Origin: Selaginella moellendorffii
Lineage: Eukaryota > Plantae > Lycopodiophyta
Reading direction: 5' to 3'
DNA: 64,000 nt
Assembly: GCF_000143415.4 (NCBI RefSeq)
Contig: NW_003314354.1
Coordinates: 528,705 to 592,704 of the forward strand
Shown: positions 58,831 to 64,000 of the stretch, in pieces
How positions within the stretch are numbered: position 1 is the stretch's first letter
Layout of the letters: each line of letters starts with the position of its first letter
Program-made: the position numbers and the translations under genes
The notes under the pieces: generated by a model
The model's input: the letters and a program-made list of their open reading frames with translations, nothing else
The model's database searches: none
Told to the model about the DNA's origin: nothing

Positions 58831-60411
58831 TTATGGAAATTGAGCGTCCTTGAAAAAATTGGTGTAGAACCTGAGACCGTCGGGACCGTCGTCTCGGCAC
58901 AAGAAGCCTAAAACACGACACAAGGCTCAGCGGCAGGGCGCGCGCGGAGACTACATGCGTACCTCGAGCCTCTGCAGAGAAGAGGTGCTCCTTGGCAAGA
59001 GCTGGAGCAACACCCAGGCACTTTGCCGCTTCCCTCGCACCAACGCCAGTGCGCAAGTCACCCACGAGACGCATGATCCTCGCCACCACCTGCAACAAAA
59101 TGTAGCACTAGTTGGAGAATAAAAACGTACCTCGTCATCGCTCTTGGACTTGATTTGTATGGCGAGGGCTCCACTGTCGAAGCGGCGCAGCATCACGGGC
59201 CTGGCAAAGTCAAGTCAGTCGAGTGCGAACGGCTGGCAAGCCTGGGCTTACACGTCGAGTCTGTCCCACAGGTCACATGCCTGGAGCAAATCCTCGGGAG
59301 ATATAAGCTCTACGCGAAGCCAAAGCGAATTCCACTGTCGACGTGCCAGATTTCAAAAACAAGGGAGCCACAATCGTATACCTGTTCCCCTCGCGCGGTT
59401 GAACAAGCAGTAGACATCAACTAGAGCCAGCATCCCTCCCGCGCTTTGCAGAGGGCTCCCCACAAAGTCGGCCAACTTGAGGGCCAAAGTTAGCTGGACG
59501 CATGACATGCGCGAACGAGATCGAATCACTCACCTGTCGCGAAAGCTGTTGGTGGTAGAGTGCACCCGCTGATTCTTTGGTAACTGGCGATGCGATGCCA
59601 ACGCTCAGCAGCAAGTCGTGGAGCTCCTGCTGTGATCCCGATGCCGAGCCTTCTGTCAAGAGCCGGGCACGCATCTTATCAGCAAGTAGTACCATCTCCT
59701 TCGCTTTTCCCTGAAACAACAAGGACGAGGCTAGAATCTAGCAAGTCTTAGAGGTGTTTGACTGGAAAGCACCATGAGCGCGTTGAGATCGTGGAAGGCC
59801 TCTTGCAGGTTTTTATCTGTTTGTTCCCACTGCTCCTGCTCCTTTCTCAAAATGCCAGACACTCCAGCTCGGGATGGATTCCAGTGGGACGAGGGCGTGG
59901 ACGCGGATGCTGTGGAGGGGTTGACGGCGGCCGCGGGAAGAGTTTCCCATGCCCTCGACTGCAACACCGCTCCAAGCTGCGACACCAGGTTGTCGAAGCT
60001 GCTGGCGTGGCCCCGGAAGGAAAGGAGGAGCGTGACGGAGCTGTGCGCTGCAGCAGCTCCCTGGAGGCACAGCTTGCCGTTGGCACAAGTCCACACATAG
60101 ACCCTGAGGCGCAGGGTGGAAGAGAAGACGGACTTGAGGCCCTTTCGGGGAGCCGAGATCCGCGACACCGAGGACAAGGGCAGGAAGAAGGCGGATCGGG
60201 AGTGCTGGTGCACCCAAAACATCCGGGCATTGGTGAGGATGAGGAGGCCAGACCTAAGTGGATCGCCCTCCACCCCGCTGTCCACCACTTCAATGTCCAC
60301 TCCATCCAGCAGCTGGCATTCCACCTCTCCGGGCCCCAACAACGGCCTGCCCGACTCGCTCAGCGCGCCACTCTCGAGCAGCCGCTCCGCCCACCTCGAG
60401 CCCGAGCCCAT
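58831..60411 (-). CDS. VPS36: VPS36 ESCRT-II subunit, multi-exon
   Basis: [22 protein letters not shown] domain, [23 protein letters not shown]|[60 protein letters not shown]. Confidence 0.94.
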
Positions 60412-60449
60412 TGGGAAGGAATGGCATGACCTAATATATTTCTCGACAA

Positions 60450-60999
60450 TCAAGATATCTGAAAGGGTGCTTCCGCGAGAGCCCTGGAAGCCGGCACCTT
60501 GTCCGGGACGAAGTCCGCCAAGAACTCGAGTTTGTCCATGGACGACACCGCGGAAGCTGCAGCAACCCTCTCACTCTCATGGTCCGAAGCACAAAACGAG
60601 GCAAATTTCCACTCACACAGGTCCTTGTACACGAGGGTGGATCTGTCCTCCCCGGCCATGCCCTTGAATGCATCCTCCACGAACTGCTCCAGGAAGAGCT
60701 CCTGCGCCATACACAAGACAAACAGAGAGATCGCATCAAGAGAGACACGGACACGATACCGCGGCTTTGGCAATCACCACAATGGCTTCCATGCCCACCA
60801 TGGCTATATCGTTCTCGCTCTTGATCAGCCGCCGCAGCCTCGACACCGGGAAGGGCAGGGACATGGCGGGTGAGAGCAGCTCCTCCTCCACGGCACCCCC
60901 ATTCATGCGCACCTGCTCGTCCCATTCGCGAGCATCCTCTTCCTCCTCCTCTTCCTCCTCCTCACCCACGTCTTCGACCACCACCGCATCCTCCTCCAT
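60450..60999 (-). CDS. Histone-fold protein (DPB3/POLE4/CHRAC1, NF-YC-like), 3 exons
   Basis: Acidic N-terminus, FPVSRLRRLIKSENDI, IAKAA|ELFLEQF, LVYKDL, LEFLADFVP. Confidence 0.88.
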
Positions 61000-61083
61000 T
61001 TTGCTGTGTGCCCTAAGTAGTAAGTCAGTTCATTTAACAATGTGAAATGCCAAGATCAAGTTTGACAGAGCTCAAGGAAACAA

Positions 61084-62355
61084 TCAACCTCCCGACCCCG
61101 ACCCGATGCCGAAGGAGGACTTGAGGGCCTGGAAGAGCCTGTGGCCGAGGATGACGTTGGCGGCGTCGGTGGGGTGGAAAGGGTCCCAGAAGAGGTGGTT
61201 GCTTCTGTTGGAGCACATGTTGGAGATTGGCCTGGGGAAGCAGGGCAGCTGGCCGTTGAATCTCCCACCCCCGCAGCACCCGCGGTTGACACTCTCCATG
61301 CCGTAGGCGCCAGGCGTGGCAACCATGGCGGCAACGGGTGTGTAGGTGTCGGCGTACACAATGCGGGCGCCTGGGAGCAGCGAGCGGAGCGACGCCAGCA
61401 TGTCCTGCAGGCCGAGGTTGAAGCCGAGCATGAGCTGGTTGACGCTATCCACGCACGCCCCGTCGCTACTCTTCTGCGCCAGCTGCGACGGGATGCAGCC
61501 CAGCGGGCCCAGCGATGCCACCACCATCCTCCGCGCCCCCAGGCGGTACAGCTCCTACACACCACGTTTATTCCATCTTAGCACGCTTTGAGGGCGCCAC
61601 ATACATGCTCACCGTCAGGTGCTGGGCGTAGGCAGCCAGGAGCAGGTCCTGGAACTGGCGCTCGCTGTAGCGGAACCTGGTGGCCGAGTCCGGCAGCAAG
61701 TAGTTGTTGATGTAGTCGTTGTTTCCAATGACGATGGCGAAGAGTGAATCGGAGAGGAGCTGCTCGCAGCCGCTACTGCCCAGCTGCTGGACGAGGCCCG
61801 ACAGCGTCTGCTGGAAGTAGTGCAGCTGCTGCGACATTGATATCCGCTCAATCTGCAGACAGGGCGGGGGGGGATCAAAATGCAATCCACACGGCTACCC
61901 TACCTTGAATCACCTACATAGTTCTTGCCGCTTTCGTCCAGAATGCCGCCGGCACCAGAGGCATAGTTGACACCCTTGAGGATGCGGGCGTTCTTGGTGC
62001 TTGGGTCCAGAAACGCAGGCACGTATGGCAATCCAATGAGCTCGCCTGCAGAAAAGATGAGGCGGCAGGACAAAACAGTACTAGGTAGATACTACTTACA
62101 CACAACATCCAGCACCGTCTTGCCGTTGCAGAAGCGGCCGGTGGCACCCCAAGGTGAATCGATGCCATAGGGTGCAACATTGGCTTTGGCGAGGGTGAGC
62201 AAATAGTTGTTGTTCCCCACATCCACCAGGGAATCCCCGAATATGAACATAGCAGGAACCAGGGCCCCGGCGGCAGCAGCCCTTGCCCTTCCCACAAGGA
62301 GGAAGACGACGAGGAGTAGGCGCCGCCCGTGGATGGCCTTGGCACACCACTCCAT
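61084..62355 (-). CDS. GDSL esterase/lipase, multi-exon
   Basis: Signal peptide, FIFGDSLVDVGNNN, TGRFCNG, GVNYASGAGGIL, GNNDY, GPLGCIP, FWDPFHPT. Confidence 0.95.
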
Positions 62356-62614
62356 CTCTGCTCCTCTTCTTCTTTGGAGAGCTCAACAAAGACCAAGGCG
62401 GGCTCGGCTACCAATGCTTAGGACATTCATACTACTAGTTACATCTCACGTCTGTGCATGTCACGTCCACACATGAATGCAAATCAGAAAGGGCAGCAGG
62501 CAATTTGCTTATGCTGTTTGAAAAGGTGGCGGTCCTTTAAACAACTTATCTCTTGTAAGTTACTTCGTACAAAAAAGTTCCAAAATAATGTACACTACTT
62601 ACACCATAATCCAA

Positions 62615-64000
62615 TTACAGCTCTGATAAAATGGCCGGGATATAGTGTGACAGTTCTGCAGTGAGAGACTGGAAGCCATTCACCAGCTGCGAATGGAAAT
62701 CTTGGTCTTCCTCCCCGATGAGCCTCGAGTGGATGCGTATCGCTCGCTTGCACACAGCCATAAACTCTAGCAATGCAGCAATCAGCTGCTGGAGCTCCTG
62801 GGACCGGAGCTTTGTCGCTGGCTCTCCAGAAAGGAAAGCCGAGCATACTCCTAGCACACCGCTGTTCACCTGACAGTACAAGGAGCCATGAGCACAACAG
62901 TACTAGAAAAACACCACCCCAACGCTTACCTGTACTGCAACGCTGCCCTGAAGGATCCTTTGTAAGCTCTGCAGCCGAGGGAGATGGTCACCCTCGGAGT
63001 TGCGAGGCTCTTCGAGTTCATTTCTCAACGTAGCCGTCCTCGCTTCGATCATGCCTATGGCATTCTCTATGGGAGAGAACTCTCTCGACTCCGATTTGAT
63101 CACGAGAAGCCGGTTTACCAGAGCGGGAAATGAGCCGTGCGTCTGCACGACCGTCCGCCTCTTCCACTGGTCCTCCAGTCCGCCTTGCGACTTGCCGTTC
63201 TTGGTAAACGGTGTATCAAACAGAAAGTGATCGAACACACGAGCACAGCTGCAAGCCGATGGTCGACCAGCTATTCGTTCCTTCCGACTCTCCAAGTCCT
63301 CGCCTTCAAATATCGGATCCACCGAAGTTATTTGCAGATAGCACACGCCACTTTCTAGTTCGTCGGCTTTGACCTGGCGCGAATCTGGTATTATGTGCAG
63401 CGTTTGGTCGGCACCCAGAACCAGCTCGTAGATGTGGCCCAGCTTCTCCATGATATCACCCAGGCGCACATCTTTGGCTTCCCTGTATACGTACTCCCGT
63501 CGATTGAGCTTCCCAAACTGTTCCCCGTAGAAGCCGACACGGTAGTATGTCGCATCGATGAAGGGCAGCGGGCTCGACTCCTGCTCCACAATTGACTCGT
63601 AAATAGCCGTCAGCGATGTGTGGCACTTGGCAAGCTGACCATAGGCTTTCCTGCTCTTGTGCACAGGAATCACCAGTTCCACAATCGCCGCACAGAAATG
63701 GAAGAGCTCGGCCTGCGCAAAGAGCTTGTTGCCAAGCTGTAGATACTTGACAGCTGAATCCACCGTCAACTTCGACGCCCCATAGCCTTCTACTTCGGCA
63801 GCCGATGCCTCCACTGAGGTGGCAAGCATCGGACAGATCCTGCGGAGCGCCTCCAGATTATCTCGCCCCCAAACTAAATCGTTTCTCGCTACCAAAGCCT
63901 GTAGACACCCATGCGTCAGTGTGAACATGCAACGGTAGCCCTTGTAGCTAAACTATACCTGCATAATCACGCCCGCTACGGCTACAGCACACTCCGCAGC
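62615..64000 (-). CDS. SPK1: SPIKE1 DOCK-family ROP GEF, 3' part (continues beyond window)
   Basis: DHR2 motifs ATYYRVGFYG, FLFDTPFTKNGKSQGGLEDQWKRRT, EFSPIENAIG, LQRILQGSVAVQ|VNSGVL, C-terminus LSHYIPAILSEL. Confidence 0.96.

Overview
Plant nuclear genomic DNA. The extreme gene density, ~50-70 nt GT-AG introns and a PLS-class PPR gene point to a lycophyte such as Selaginella (inference). About 25 protein genes are recognisable: an orphan organelle-targeted ORF, SPATA20/YyaL-like, DUF641/IRKI-like, class II TPS, JASON-like, SagB-type nitroreductase, PAA1/HMA6 Cu-ATPase, a signal-peptide protein with two alpha-crystallin domains, a GPT-like microtubule protein, RING-pseudokinase-WD40, HCF244, a coiled-coil protein, LCBK2, VQ, DHHC PAT, IF1-like, CSB/CHR8, UGLYAH, HGPRT, ELC/VPS23, PPR, a small DUF4050-like gene, NPL4, VPS36, a histone-fold protein, GDSL lipase and the 3' end of SPIKE1. 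Two accessory regions stand out. (1) 16.7-24.9 kb is a rearranged tandem duplication. In it PAA1 has lost its TGD/GDGxND exons to a patch of a neighbouring gene, and a membrane-anchored metacaspase pseudogene has become a 315-bp-arm hairpin. (2) 32.3-42.8 kb is an AT-rich, CpG-depleted island holding a nad5 NUMT, a Cassandra-like TRIM with 5S-derived LTRs, a PIF/Harbinger remnant and a probable gypsy fragment. Several gene pairs are only 19-54 bp apart, including a head-to-head purine catabolism/salvage pair. Two assembly gaps (1641-2638, 43129-43837) interrupt genes. Exon boundaries were read by eye and no database searches were run.
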